A DNA stretch of 64,000 nt from a bacterium (GCA_022840695.1 JALHDC010000004.1:22907-86906); one strand, 5' to 3'; shown: positions 1-10,074, counted from the stretch's first letter. The notes: generated by a model from the letters alone, not told the origin. Numbers and translations: made by a program.

Positions 1-1
1 C

Positions 2-1543
2 TATAGAACCAAAGCTAGAAACATGTATGGAGGAGAAAGTGCATGGTCTAATACGGTATTTAGTATGCAGGATTCAAGTGGTCCTCTAATTGAAATATTA
101 AGCATATCTGATGCAGGGGGAAATAATACTACCGAATGGGAAAAAGACTTCTCTATAAACATAAGATACAGAATTAAAGACAATATAGGTATAAGTAGTA
201 GAGAATTCTGGTGTCTAGATCAACAAAATAATAGATATGAATGCCAACATACAGCATCATTAGCTGGGGATATCTGGAGTATATCTATAAAGCTAAAAGA
301 TCTAAATAACAAAGATAATTGGACTCTCTTTAACTCCTATAAATTCTGTGTAGAAGCTAAAGACCAAGTTCAGAATGTAACTAGAAATTGTGATGCCCTT
401 TTCCAAGTTCCAGATAAAGAAAGCCCAGAGGAACCAACAGAACCAGAAATACCAACAGAACCTAAACCTCCAATAATCCCAGAAATACCAAAAATACCTT
501 TGGTTGAAAAAGTAACTAAGATTGTAAAAGAGGTCTTTGATAATACAATAGCAAAATTAGAACCTGAACAATTACAAGATGTAACAGTAACGACTGCTAC
601 TGCAAATGTGGCAGTGGGATTTGGATTCATACTAACATCCTTAGGATATATTCCATATTTCATACTTCAAACGATATTAGCAATCCTGAGTCTTCTTGGA
701 TTTAGAAAAAAAGGAAATGTAACTGGATATGTATATAACTCTTTAACCAAAGCTCCAATACCTCAAGCCATAGTAAGAATATTTAATGAAAGCCATGAAT
801 TAATATGGACAGATGTAACAGATTCAAATGGATACTTTAGAACACCAGATATGGATGATGCAGAGTATTACATGAAAATCACAGCTAGAAACTTCACATT
901 TCCATCTAAGATAGTTTTTGGAAAAACGGACTTTCCTCTTGAGAATGTATACCACGGAGATCCTTTCCTAACAAGAAAGAATAAAATACCAAACTTCTCT
1001 ATACCTATGGACCAGAACGAGGTAAGTAATATAGAAAAGATATTTGCATCCTTCATATCAAGAACAAAAGCTCTATGGAAATCGTTGCACATAATACTAT
1101 TCTTAATAGGGCTACTCTTCAGTACCTATGCACTCTACACAACCCCAATATGGATAAACTATGTAATAGTAGCAATATATATACCTGCACTAATAGCTTT
1201 AATATTCTCGTTCTTTAGCAAAAAAGAAAAATATGGGGTAGTTAGAGATAAAAAAGGTAAGATAGTTGCAGGTGCAATAATAGGATTAAATGAGAATCAA
1301 TTTGACAAACTAGTATCAAAAAGAATTTCTGATAGCTTAGGTAGATACAAATTCATAGTGAATAAAGGTATTTACAATATCTCTGTAATGAATTCAGACC
1401 TTAAGGTTATTAATGAGGAAAAGCTTACAAACTTAGAAGTAAAAGAGGATGGGGGTAACTTGCTTTGTCCAAATATTTTTGTAAAGAAACTGGAAGACAC
1501 AAGTAAAGAAGATGAGATAATGGAACCGCCGAAAGAACTCTAA
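2..1543 (+). CDS. C-terminal part of a large surface protein. Frame is open to the window edge, so probably 5'-truncated. Has a Pro/Glu-rich linker (PEEPTEPEIPTEPKPP), TM helices and two carboxypeptidase-regulatory-like domains.
   Basis: ORF 23..1543 has no in-frame stop back to position 2. The C-terminal ~330 aa are clearly paralogous to the C-terminus of the 1824-aa ORF 39754..45228 (shared 'LG..FRKK..G.VY.S.TK.P..A.VRI.N.....T.VTD.NG.F'). Confidence 0.6.
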   Translation, partial: YRTKARNMYGGESAWSNTVFSMQDSSGPLIEILSISDAGGNNTTEWEKDFSINIRYRIKDNIGISSREFWCLDQQNNRYECQHTASLAGDIWSISIKLKDLNNKDNWTLFNSYKFCVEAKDQVQNVTRNCDALFQVPDKESPEEPTEPEIPTEPKPPIIPEIPKIPLVEKVTKIVKEVFDNTIAKLEPEQLQDVTVTTATANVAVGFGFILTSLGYIPYFILQTILAILSLLGFRKKGNVTGYVYNSLTKAPIPQAIVRIFNESHELIWTDVTDSNGYFRTPDMDDAEYYMKITARNFTFPSKIVFGKTDFPLENVYHGDPFLTRKNKIPNFSIPMDQNEVSNIEKIFASFISRTKALWKSLHIILFLIGLLFSTYALYTTPIWINYVIVAIYIPALIALIFSFFSKKEKYGVVRDKKGKIVAGAIIGLNENQFDKLVSKRISDSLGRYKFIVNKGIYNISVMNSDLKVINEEKLTNLEVKEDGGNLLCPNIFVKKLEDTSKEDEIMEPPKEL

Positions 1544-1605
1544 GTTAATTAATATTGAAAAAAACCTTTTAGATTGGTATTATCACAGTGTCGATAATGA
1601 ATCAT

Positions 1606-1681
1606 GGGAGTATAGCTCAATTGGTAGAGCAAGCGGCTCTTAACCGCTAGGTTCAGGGTTCGAGCCCCTGTACTCTCACCA
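1606..1681 (+). tRNA. tRNA-Lys (anticodon CTT), CCA encoded
   Basis: Manual cloverleaf: acceptor GGGAGTA/TACTCTC, D-arm GCTC-AATTGGTA-GAGC, anticodon stem AGCGG/CCGCT with loop CTCTTAA, T-arm CAGGG-TTCGAGC-CCCTG, 3' ACCA. Confidence 0.85.
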
Positions 1682-1761
1682 TTACGTTAAAGGTAGTCAA
1701 TAATCCCTAGATAACAATCACTATACGATCTTTTTAGCAAAAATTTAATATACTATCAGTC

Positions 1762-3402
1762 TTACAATTTCTTATCCATATATAACTCTCCATCACTAAA
1801 ACCTCTTTTCCTGTAATACTCTCTAGTACCAATTGCAGATATTACTGAAATCTTCTCAAATCCGTAATCTTTTGATATCTCTTCAGCAATACCTATTAAC
1901 TTCTTTCCAAGTCCCAAATGTTGAGACTCTCCACTACTTCTATCCTTAATCCCAAGAACCTTTCCATATACATGAACCTCTCTGATTAATGAACAACCCT
2001 CTATCTCTTTAAGAAAATGTTTCCTTTTATATTTTTTCTTCGGTAATGACAATCTAAGAAATCCACAAATTTTATCATCAATCTTTGTATTGTAAGAAAG
2101 AAATATCTCCCTACTTACAGTACTCTCATATTCTATCTGTTCCAAAACCAAATCCTTCAGATCAACACTCTCTCCCTTTATCTCTCTGTTCCTAATATCC
2201 CCAACAAATACTCCATCTTTTTTTAAACTCATTTCAACGATCTGTCTTAAATTACTCCTTTTATTCCCAGCTACAATATCTCCTGCAGGAATATCTCGTA
2301 TAATTCTTGTTAATCTACAATACCTGGGTGTTAAAGGTAGGATCCTTTTTAAAACATACTCTAATTCTTCATCTGTATACGGCTTGTAGATATCTTTTAA
2401 ATACAATTCATGAAGTTTTGTATTCTCAATTATAGAGGTAGGATATATCTTCAACTCATCAGGACTAAATTTCTTGCTCCATAGTTTTTTGTAATCAGCT
2501 ATATCCTTCTTTACAGAAGAACCGTACAAATTAGGCATCCAATGGCCATGGATCTTAAAACCCATTCGCCTTAATATCTCGAAAGCTCTCTGAGTATCTT
2601 GCCTTGTCCTCCCAATATCATTCTTCCTTAACACTTTGTTAGACAATGATTGAATACCAATCTGTACCTTTGTACATCCCAACCTCCTCATATGTATTAC
2701 CTCTTCTTCAGAAATATAGTCAGGTCTAGTCTCAACAACTAATCCCACATTCCTACAATATGCATTCTCATTTTCTTTCTGAACCTTTTCCAAATCTTCC
2801 CAAGTAACTATTGGAAGAGAAGTACTTTCAGGATCAATATATTCAGTTGTATCTTTCCCTACATCATTTAATGCTCTAAAACATTCATATATGAAAGAAA
2901 GACGATACTGCTCAATGTAGAAATTCCAAGTTCCACCTAATACTATCAATTCTACCTTCTCAATATTATGTCCAACACTCTTTAATGCAACTAATCTGTT
3001 AAACACCTGTGCATATGGATTAAACTTGTTACTTAATGCTCTCTGTGCACCAGGTTCAGAAGAAATATAGCTTTTGGGCATATTAGCATCATTAGGACAA
3101 TATATACATTTTCCTGGGCATGGATACGGTTTTGTTAATACTGTAACAGTAGCTACTCCCGAATTAGTCCTTGTTGGTTTCATCCTAATTCTTTCTTCCA
3201 CAGTATCATCACTTCTTTTTAAAAGAGTTGTATATGCAGCAACAAGCTCATCCTTTCTAAACATTTGCTTCCCATTCTTTGGATATTTTCTTAGGATCTT
3301 TTGTAAAGAAGACTCATTCCAATCTTTTTCTTTAGATATTTCATCTAGAATATTCAAAAGAATTTTTCTATGTTTTTCAGTATCAATGTCAAAATTTTTC
3401 AT
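1762..3402 (-). CDS. elp3: Elp3-family radical SAM/GNAT protein (tRNA uridine-34 acetyltransferase homologue)
   Basis: Radical-SAM motif CPGKCIYCP. C-terminal GNAT acetyltransferase region. 546 aa, typical Elp3 length. Confidence 0.8.
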   Translation of the reverse strand: MKNFDIDTEKHRKILLNILDEISKEKDWNESSLQKILRKYPKNGKQMFRKDELVAAYTTLLKRSDDTVEERIRMKPTRTNSGVATVTVLTKPYPCPGKCIYCPNDANMPKSYISSEPGAQRALSNKFNPYAQVFNRLVALKSVGHNIEKVELIVLGGTWNFYIEQYRLSFIYECFRALNDVGKDTTEYIDPESTSLPIVTWEDLEKVQKENENAYCRNVGLVVETRPDYISEEEVIHMRRLGCTKVQIGIQSLSNKVLRKNDIGRTRQDTQRAFEILRRMGFKIHGHWMPNLYGSSVKKDIADYKKLWSKKFSPDELKIYPTSIIENTKLHELYLKDIYKPYTDEELEYVLKRILPLTPRYCRLTRIIRDIPAGDIVAGNKRSNLRQIVEMSLKKDGVFVGDIRNREIKGESVDLKDLVLEQIEYESTVSREIFLSYNTKIDDKICGFLRLSLPKKKYKRKHFLKEIEGCSLIREVHVYGKVLGIKDRSSGESQHLGLGKKLIGIAEEISKDYGFEKISVISAIGTREYYRKRGFSDGELYMDKKL

Positions 3403-3458
3403 TTTAGTAATTATTTGATATTCTAGATATTATCTAATATTTCAACTATTCTTGCCAT

Positions 3459-4067
3459 ATGGGAAAGATTCTAACAGAAAGAACATTAATATTGGTTAAA
3501 CCAGATGTAATACAAAGACAGATAGTGGGAGAGATATTGAGTAGGTTTGAGAGAAAAGGATTTAAGATAGTGGGGATGAAAATGGTTAATGCAAGCAAGG
3601 AACAAATACAAGATCATTATACTGATGAGGAAAGCTACTTAATTGAAACAGGAGAGAAGGCTAAAAAAGGAGCTATCGCCAGAGGAGAGGATGTATCAAA
3701 TTGGAACTCTTTAGAGAAAGGGAAGATCATTAGAAAAAATAATGTGGTATATCTCACCTGTGGCCCAATCATTGCAATGGTTTTGGAAGGTCATGGTGTG
3801 GTATCTGGAGTTAGAAAGGTTTTGGGTAGCACAAGTCCAGCAGATGGTGATGTAGGAACTATACGGGATGATTACTCTTTTGATACCTATGCCTTAGCAG
3901 ATTATGTCTCTAGGGCAACGAGAACAATGCTTCATGCTTCTGATTCTCCAGAAAATGCAGAAAGAGAGGTAAAGATATGGTTCAAAGAAAATGAATTATG
4001 TAATAATTACGAAACAGTTGCTGAAAAAATATTCTTTGATTCTTCTTGGGATCACTTAGACGAATAA
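3459..4067 (+). CDS. ndk: nucleoside diphosphate kinase with a ~50-aa internal insertion
   Basis: N-terminal 'ERTLILVKPD...GEILSRFERKGF' and catalytic 'HASDS' motif. 202 aa vs ~140 typical. Confidence 0.8.
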   Translation: MGKILTERTLILVKPDVIQRQIVGEILSRFERKGFKIVGMKMVNASKEQIQDHYTDEESYLIETGEKAKKGAIARGEDVSNWNSLEKGKIIRKNNVVYLTCGPIIAMVLEGHGVVSGVRKVLGSTSPADGDVGTIRDDYSFDTYALADYVSRATRTMLHASDSPENAEREVKIWFKENELCNNYETVAEKIFFDSSWDHLDE

Positions 4068-4742
4068 TAGGAAAAGGACAACCACTACTATTAATGATGG
4101 GAGTAGATTAAGAACAGATATTTTCTTTAATTCTAATAGATTAATACCGATTCCTAATATTAATATTCCTCCTGTACTTGTTAAATACTGTATTAACGAT
4201 TCTGTAAAGAAATTTCCAAAGAATGATGCAAGTAGAGTTAATCCTCCTTGGAATATTAACATGGGTATTACAGAGAATATCACACCAACTCCGAAGGTTG
4301 ATACTAGAGCAATAGAGGTAAATCCATCTAGTACTGATTTTGTAATTAACAAACTATTGTCTCCACTTATACCTTCGTTAATTGCACCTAATATCGTCAT
4401 AGAACCAATGCAGTATATTAGAAAAGCAGTAATTAAACCTTCGTTAAATTTTGAATCCTTCAAATTGAGTTTATTCTTTAAACCACTAGATAAATTATCT
4501 AATCTCTCCTCAAGATTTAGCAAAACACCTATTAAACCTCCTATGAGAACAGAGAAAATTATAATCAAAGGATTAGGGAATGGTATAGCCATTGAAATAC
4601 CAAGAAGTATGGTAAATAATCCTATCCCCTGAAATATTATCTTTTTATATTTCTCTGGAAGTGAGTTTTTAATTAGTATTCCTAAAGAGCCTCCTAATAT
4701 TACGGAAAAAATATTAATAAATGTCCCTACTGGTATGTTCAT
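4056..4742 (-). CDS. DUF554 (YqgA-like) integral membrane protein
   Basis: Multi-TM 228-aa protein. Its N-terminus resembles the DUF554 family. Confidence 0.5.
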   Translation of the reverse strand: MNIPVGTFINIFSVILGGSLGILIKNSLPEKYKKIIFQGIGLFTILLGISMAIPFPNPLIIIFSVLIGGLIGVLLNLEERLDNLSSGLKNKLNLKDSKFNEGLITAFLIYCIGSMTILGAINEGISGDNSLLITKSVLDGFTSIALVSTFGVGVIFSVIPMLIFQGGLTLLASFFGNFFTESLIQYLTSTGGILILGIGINLLELKKISVLNLLPSLIVVVVLFLLFV

Positions 4743-4758
4743 AATGTTGGAGATTGTA

Positions 4759-5382
4759 TCACAATTTTAATATGTCCTCTATTTCTGCCATTTTCTCTGT
4801 ATTTGCATCTTTCTTTTTCTCATTCTCACTTAAGAATTTCTGTAATTTCTTGAAATCTTCTTTCATTGTTTCTTTAAGATTTGGATTGTATAGGGCTGCT
4901 GCAGGATGGTACATAGCAAATACTGGAATACCGGTAGAGTGTGTGAATGATTCTCCATGATCTACAGATATATGAGCATCTGGTATGAATTTCCCTAATG
5001 CATGCCTTCCTAAGGTTACAATAACTTTAGGTTTAATGAAAAGTAGTTCGGAATTTAACCAAACTCTACATGCTTTCTTCTCTTCATCATTTGGTTCTCT
5101 ATTATTCGGAGGTCTGTATTTAACTACATTAGTAACATATACTTCATCCCTTTTTAAATCTATTGTTTTTAATAGCTCATCTAAGAATTTCCCAGCTGTT
5201 CCTACAAAGGGTCTCCCTTGTAAATCTTCATTTCTTCCAGGAGCTTCTCCTATGAAAAGTATTCCTGATGATGGGGATTCAATTTCATACACAGGTTGGG
5301 TAGCAGTTTCTTTAAGCTTGCATGAGTTGTGTACAGCATAGTACTGATGTAATTCTTTTAATGATTTAAAATCGGATTGCAT
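4759..5382 (-). CDS. uracil-DNA glycosylase superfamily protein (family 4/5-like)
   Basis: 'GEAPG' motif, 'GRPFVG.AG..L', 'YVTN..K.RPP.NR.P', C-terminal 'HPAA' motif. Confidence 0.7.
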   Translation of the reverse strand: MQSDFKSLKELHQYYAVHNSCKLKETATQPVYEIESPSSGILFIGEAPGRNEDLQGRPFVGTAGKFLDELLKTIDLKRDEVYVTNVVKYRPPNNREPNDEEKKACRVWLNSELLFIKPKVIVTLGRHALGKFIPDAHISVDHGESFTHSTGIPVFAMYHPAAALYNPNLKETMKEDFKKLQKFLSENEKKKDANTEKMAEIEDILKL

Positions 5383-5414
5383 ATATTCATTATACTACAC
5401 TAAATAAGTTCACC

Positions 5415-5963
5415 ATGATTTCACTTGTTCTTTTGTATATTTGTAGCATATTTAATTTATTATTCTATACATATATGAAGAAAGTAATCATATATTCAAC
5501 CTTAGGAGCAGTACTAGTTCTCACTGGTTCATATGCAGTATCAAATGTATATGCACAAGAATTTGGATTAGGGAATGTTTCTGAGGAGGTTCGGGAAGAG
5601 CATATCGCAGAGAGAGAAGCAGAGCGAGCCGAAATAGTGGCTCAAGCTGTAGAAGAGGGTGCTCTCACAGATAGACAAGCAGAAATTTTAGCTGCTATGT
5701 CAGAATTAAGACCAGCAGGAGGTAGAGGTATGTTTGGTGCAGGTCATGACCTTACAGAGGAAGAGAGAGAGGCTCTAAGGGAGGAAATGAGAGCTCAAAG
5801 AGATGGAAGTATGTTAGAGGATCTAAATGAATTAGGTCTGAATGTAACAGAAGAAGAGCTTCTTGAGCTTAAGGAAGTGAGAGAAGAATTAGGTTTGATG
5901 GGAAATCAACACAGAAGAAATGGTACTGGTGGAATGGGAACAGGCGAGTGTCCAAATCTTTAA
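5415..5963 (+). CDS. secreted LTXXQ-motif (CpxP/Spy/ZraP-like) periplasmic protein. The true start is probably the internal Met near 5475 (MKKVII..., signal peptide).
   Basis: Signal peptide. 'ALTDRQAEILAAM' and 'LTEEEREALREEM' helical repeats. Gly-rich C-terminus. Sits directly upstream of a response regulator/histidine kinase pair. Locally higher GC than surroundings. Confidence 0.5.
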   Translation: MISLVLLYICSIFNLLFYTYMKKVIIYSTLGAVLVLTGSYAVSNVYAQEFGLGNVSEEVREEHIAEREAERAEIVAQAVEEGALTDRQAEILAAMSELRPAGGRGMFGAGHDLTEEEREALREEMRAQRDGSMLEDLNELGLNVTEEELLELKEVREELGLMGNQHRRNGTGGMGTGECPNL

Positions 5964-5985
5964 GAAAGAAAGATTTGGGTATATA

Positions 5986-6006
5986 CCAGGGTGTAAATCA
6001 CCCTGG
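5986..6006 (+). terminator. stem-loop (CCAGGGTG-TAAAT-CACCCTGG) between the LTXXQ gene and the response regulator, followed by a TATAAT-like box
   Basis: 8-bp perfect inverted repeat seen in sequence. Weak T tail, so a partial terminator or attenuator. Confidence 0.35.
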
Positions 6007-6033
6007 TATTGGTAAAATAGTATAATTAGAGAT

Positions 6034-6693
6034 ATGAAAATACTTATAGTGGAAGATCAAGATGAATTAAGAAGTTTAGTTAGGAAATTCTTAGAGAAGA
6101 ATGGATATTTAATAGATGAAGCAGATGATGGTGAAAAAGGGTTAGACTTAATATTAACCAATGGGTATGATTGTATACTTTTAGATCTGAATCTTCCTAA
6201 AATTGATGGTGTAGATATTGCAAAGAGGATGAAAGAAGACGGAATAGTAACTCCAATCATAATGTTGACTGCTAGGTCTCAAATATATGACAAATTAATG
6301 GGTTTTGATTCAGGTGCTGATGACTACATTACTAAACCTTTTGATATGAAGGAATTGTTAGCCAGAATAAAGGCTGTTATGAGTAGAGGGAAAAGCAAGG
6401 GTGTTAATATTGCTTTTGGAAAGTATGAAGTATTTCCAGAAAAGAATTTAGTGAAAATAGAGAAGAAAGATGTGATCCTTAGTAATAAGGAGATGGGTGT
6501 TTTAGAATATCTTTTGCAGAATAATGATAGGATAATTTCTGCAGAGGAACTTTTAGAACATGTCTGGGATAGTGAAATAGATATGTTTTCAAATACAGTC
6601 AAGACACATATCAAGACATTGAGGCAGAAGATAGATCCAAATAAAAGATATATTAAAACTGTTAGGGGAAAGGGATATATTTATGAAAATTAA
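6034..6693 (+). CDS. OmpR/PhoB-family response regulator
   Basis: Receiver domain (ILLDLNLPKIDG) plus winged-helix C-terminus (YIKTVRGKGY). Confidence 0.85.
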   Translation: MKILIVEDQDELRSLVRKFLEKNGYLIDEADDGEKGLDLILTNGYDCILLDLNLPKIDGVDIAKRMKEDGIVTPIIMLTARSQIYDKLMGFDSGADDYITKPFDMKELLARIKAVMSRGKSKGVNIAFGKYEVFPEKNLVKIEKKDVILSNKEMGVLEYLLQNNDRIISAEELLEHVWDSEIDMFSNTVKTHIKTLRQKIDPNKRYIKTVRGKGYIYEN

Positions 6694-7843
6694 TATGAAA
6701 TTCACAAAATCTTTAAAATTTAAATTAACGATATGGTATTCAGTAATACTTTCATTATTTTGTATAGCCTTCGTATTTAGTATTAATGTCTGGCTTACAA
6801 ACTATATGAATACCTGGCATACAGAAGGGATGGGCAGAGGATCTATTGTTGAAAGGGTTGATAGACCCAGATGGAGAGCTCTTTCTGAAGAGCAACGAAA
6901 CTTAGTAATGGAATCAAGATTAGAAGATTTAGAAAATATTAGAAGGGTATCCGTATACATGGTTATCCCTTTGGTATTGTTAAGCTTTGGTGGAGGATAT
7001 TTGATAGCGGGTTTGATGTTAAGGCCGTTAACAAAATTAAATGAAGAAATTAGAAAGAAAGAGGCTAGTACATTGGATGAAGAGATTCAGTTTGAGGATA
7101 AAGGAGATGAGATATCAGAATTAATCAAGAGTTTTAATAGGATGAGTAATAGGCTAGGAAAAACTTTTAAATCTCAAAAGCAATTTGTTGAGAATGCATC
7201 TCATGAACTTAAGACTCCTCTTTCTGTAATTCAAGCCAATTTAGATACGGTATTAGAGGATGAAAAGGTTTCTAAGAAAGAATTGAAAGAGTTATTATTA
7301 AATTCTAAGAAGCAAGTTGAAATTATGGATAGTTTAACAGAAGATCTTCTTTTGATTTCTATGATGTCTTCTGATGTTGAAATAGAAAAGGATATGGTTA
7401 ATGTTAATGAACTGACAGATGGAGTAGTGAAGGATTTGGAGATCCTAGCAAAAGATATGAGCATAGATATTAATGTTGAAAAAACTGGAAATATTAAAAT
7501 TCAAGGAAACAGAATTCTTCTTTCTAGAGCAATTAGTAATATTGTTGAGAACGGTATAAGGTATTCCAAAGGGAGCAGGATAAAGATAGGGATTCTGAGA
7601 AAAAATAAGATAGTGAAAATTTTTGTTGAAGACAATGGGGTAGGTATCCCTAAGGGTAGGGAAGTGGAAATTTTTGAGAGATTTAATAGGTTAGATAAAG
7701 GAAGATCGAGAAAAGATGGTGGCACAGGACTTGGTCTGTCAATTGCAAAAGATATAGTTAAACTTCACGATGGTTTGTTGTATGTGGATTCAAATTATAA
7801 CAAAGGGGCCAGATTTATTTTTGAATTTAAGCCTTCTTCATAA
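6683..7843 (+). CDS. sensor histidine kinase (HisKA + HATPase_c)
   Basis: H-box 'ASHELKTPLSVI', G-boxes 'VEDNGVGIPK' and 'GGTGLGLSIAK', two N-terminal TM segments. Overlaps the regulator by 11 bp (operon). Confidence 0.85.
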   Translation: MKINMKFTKSLKFKLTIWYSVILSLFCIAFVFSINVWLTNYMNTWHTEGMGRGSIVERVDRPRWRALSEEQRNLVMESRLEDLENIRRVSVYMVIPLVLLSFGGGYLIAGLMLRPLTKLNEEIRKKEASTLDEEIQFEDKGDEISELIKSFNRMSNRLGKTFKSQKQFVENASHELKTPLSVIQANLDTVLEDEKVSKKELKELLLNSKKQVEIMDSLTEDLLLISMMSSDVEIEKDMVNVNELTDGVVKDLEILAKDMSIDINVEKTGNIKIQGNRILLSRAISNIVENGIRYSKGSRIKIGILRKNKIVKIFVEDNGVGIPKGREVEIFERFNRLDKGRSRKDGGTGLGLSIAKDIVKLHDGLLYVDSNYNKGARFIFEFKPSS

Positions 7844-8297
7844 TCTCCTTCGTCCAATTTCTTGCCCTCCCTAATTCTCCTTCTGTCAATGGCCCTTCTT
7901 TATCTTCTACATAAAATCCCATACTTTCATGTACGGGTATTCCACCTTTCTTAACTAAAAGTTTTAATATTGGCTTGTCCGCATATCCAAACATTTTTAC
8001 AAAGAATGTTAATATCTTTGAATTAACTTTTTCAATATCTACTCTTGTATCAAAAGATGTAACTTTAATATTCTCTAGAGACTCTATCCCCTTTATCATA
8101 TTCACTATAGCTTCAGTTGGTCTAAATGCCCTAGTAGGGGATCCTATTATTAAAAGATCTATGCTTTTTAAAAATTCTGGTTTAAAATCTTTTGCATTAA
8201 TAATCTTTGCAGTATCTTTCTCAAATGTTTTGTATATCTCTGTAGCTATCTTTTCCGTATTTCCAAAATAGCTATCGTATATGATTAATGTTTTCAT
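7827..8297 (-). CDS. flavodoxin-like protein
   Basis: 'MKTLIIYDSYFGNTEKIA' flavodoxin N-terminal signature. Confidence 0.65.
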   Translation of the reverse strand: MKTLIIYDSYFGNTEKIATEIYKTFEKDTAKIINAKDFKPEFLKSIDLLIIGSPTRAFRPTEAIVNMIKGIESLENIKVTSFDTRVDIEKVNSKILTFFVKMFGYADKPILKLLVKKGGIPVHESMGFYVEDKEGPLTEGELGRARNWTKEIMKKA

Positions 8298-8315
8298 AAT
8301 ATTTAGTATATCAAA

Positions 8316-8729
8316 TTATTTAATATTTCTTAAAGAAGAAATAATTTGAATCTTTGAAGGAATTTTTTTCTTAATTTTTGGAAAATCCTTCTTGTCTCTT
8401 GTTAATATATAGTCACAGTTACTATCAAGAGCAGAGTAGTATTGTAATGTGTCTTCAAAATCAACTGTAAATTTCTCAATAGATCTCATTATAATAGGAG
8501 TTGTTAAGGGAACGATATTTATTAATTTAATAAGTTCTTTTATTTTGTTGTGAGCTTGAGTATTAGGTTTTATCTTTAGTGCATAATATATTATATGGAT
8601 ACTTAATGCCGACATATATATATTAGACTTCTCCAAATACTGTTCAAGCTTTTTAACCGAGATATTCTTTAAATCTCTATCTAAGATAATATCGAAGAAA
8701 ATGTTTGTATCAATATATATTTTCTTCAT
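8316..8729 (-). CDS. vapC: PIN-domain toxin (VapC-like)
   Basis: 'IYIDTNIFFD' N-terminal acidic motif and C-terminal 'ILTRDKKDF'. 4-bp overlap with the upstream small gene. Confidence 0.7.
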   Translation of the reverse strand: MKKIYIDTNIFFDIILDRDLKNISVKKLEQYLEKSNIYMSALSIHIIYYALKIKPNTQAHNKIKELIKLINIVPLTTPIIMRSIEKFTVDFEDTLQYYSALDSNCDYILTRDKKDFPKIKKKIPSKIQIISSLRNIK

Positions 8730-9025
8730 TTGAGATATCTGCTTTCTAGATATTTTCGATATTCCTTTTTGTAATCAAAATTCTTTTTTTCTTTCTCGGT
8801 CATCTTTATACAACCTATGACATTTTCTAATATGTCTCCCACGTTAGTATTTTTGGGAGAAGAATCTTTCTTTAGTTTAATTTCGTATCTAGGAGGTATG
8901 AAATATGCCAGTGTCTCTCCTCTGTCTATAACTTCATATATTTGTCCAGCATTTAAAGAATCTTTTAGTTGCGTAAGATTGTGTCTAAAGTCTCTGAGAT
9001 TTATTTTCTTATATTCCTTTTTCAT
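8726..9025 (-). CDS. Phd/YefM-type antitoxin (VapB partner)
   Basis: 'INLRDFRHNLTQL...AGQIYEVIDRGETLAYFIP' resembles the Phd/YefM N-terminus. Translationally coupled to the PIN gene. Confidence 0.55.
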   Translation of the reverse strand: MKKEYKKINLRDFRHNLTQLKDSLNAGQIYEVIDRGETLAYFIPPRYEIKLKKDSSPKNTNVGDILENVIGCIKMTEKEKKNFDYKKEYRKYLESRYLK

Positions 9026-9127
9026 ATGTTAAACATTAGTTTAACATTGAATCGTAAAGGTAGTCAACATGGGCCCTTCTGTTTTGGTATGATTGTATTA
9101 GTTTATAATAAAGTGTATATATGAAGC

Positions 9128-10069
9128 ATGCCTAACCTACAATCTTTCTCAAAATGTCTTTTTGATAAAACTATTAATGATATGGAATGGTGGATAAAGT
9201 CATTAGAGAAGGAATATAGCGATAATCCACAAACAGTGTCATTTCTTATAAACAAACTGGAAAGGTTCTTTGGTGAGGAAATGGGCGATAGTATAAGGGT
9301 ATTAGTGCTTACATCGGCAAGTCCTGCAGATGTGCAAGGAGGTACGATATCCAACTATATTGAATCAGACAGCCCTTTTTATAAAAATATAGACAAATCA
9401 GTTTGGGGTATAGATATGTGTTTCCCATTATTAGAATATGATTCAAGAGAAAAGAGTCCCCTTCATCCTGTTAGATCTGTTTTTAGTAGTATGGTGCATG
9501 AGAGTATGCATCTAAGATTACAGAAGAGAAAATTTTTCAATCTTATCAAAGAAGTGGAGAAGGAAAAGGATATACAAGATATTATGAAAGTTTTGAAAGA
9601 AAACAGCGGTAGTTATATGAATATCACTATGGAATTAATAACACAGTATGCAACTAGTTATATAGAAAGGGGTCTAGATTTTAATATCTCATACACTCGA
9701 GTGAGGAAGCCTTTTGATTATATTTTGGATTACGAGTTATTCAATGATGTGATATCTAATAATATTTTGTCTTTTGTAAAGCATGAGAAATTGGATGGCC
9801 CAATGTCAAGATTATTTAATAATTGGGTTAATCTTGTAGGTTATATACCAGAAGAAATAGCAGACGAATATTATGATCTAAAAGATAGAGAAGGTAATAA
9901 ACTGAAAAATAAAGATTGGAGAGAGAATAAAATTAATATATACAAAATGGCTTATCAATTGGATTTGTCATTAATGAATGAATATATGGAGAGGGGAAAG
10001 GAAATAGATAAGGAATTTGTATTAAAGCTTTACAAGTTGATAGGTGAGATATTGCCAAAAATTGATTAA
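9128..10069 (+). CDS. hypothetical protein with an HExxH motif (VHESMH)
   Basis: Motif seen in the translation. No further family recognised. Confidence 0.4.
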   Translation: MPNLQSFSKCLFDKTINDMEWWIKSLEKEYSDNPQTVSFLINKLERFFGEEMGDSIRVLVLTSASPADVQGGTISNYIESDSPFYKNIDKSVWGIDMCFPLLEYDSREKSPLHPVRSVFSSMVHESMHLRLQKRKFFNLIKEVEKEKDIQDIMKVLKENSGSYMNITMELITQYATSYIERGLDFNISYTRVRKPFDYILDYELFNDVISNNILSFVKHEKLDGPMSRLFNNWVNLVGYIPEEIADEYYDLKDREGNKLKNKDWRENKINIYKMAYQLDLSLMNEYMERGKEIDKEFVLKLYKLIGEILPKID

Positions 10070-10074
10070 TATCT

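Noticed and set aside
370-3418. Several 60-115-aa antisense ORFs (370..663, 868..1092, 3074..3418)
   Set aside because: Embedded antisense in well-supported long genes. Typical AT-rich-genome shadow ORFs.
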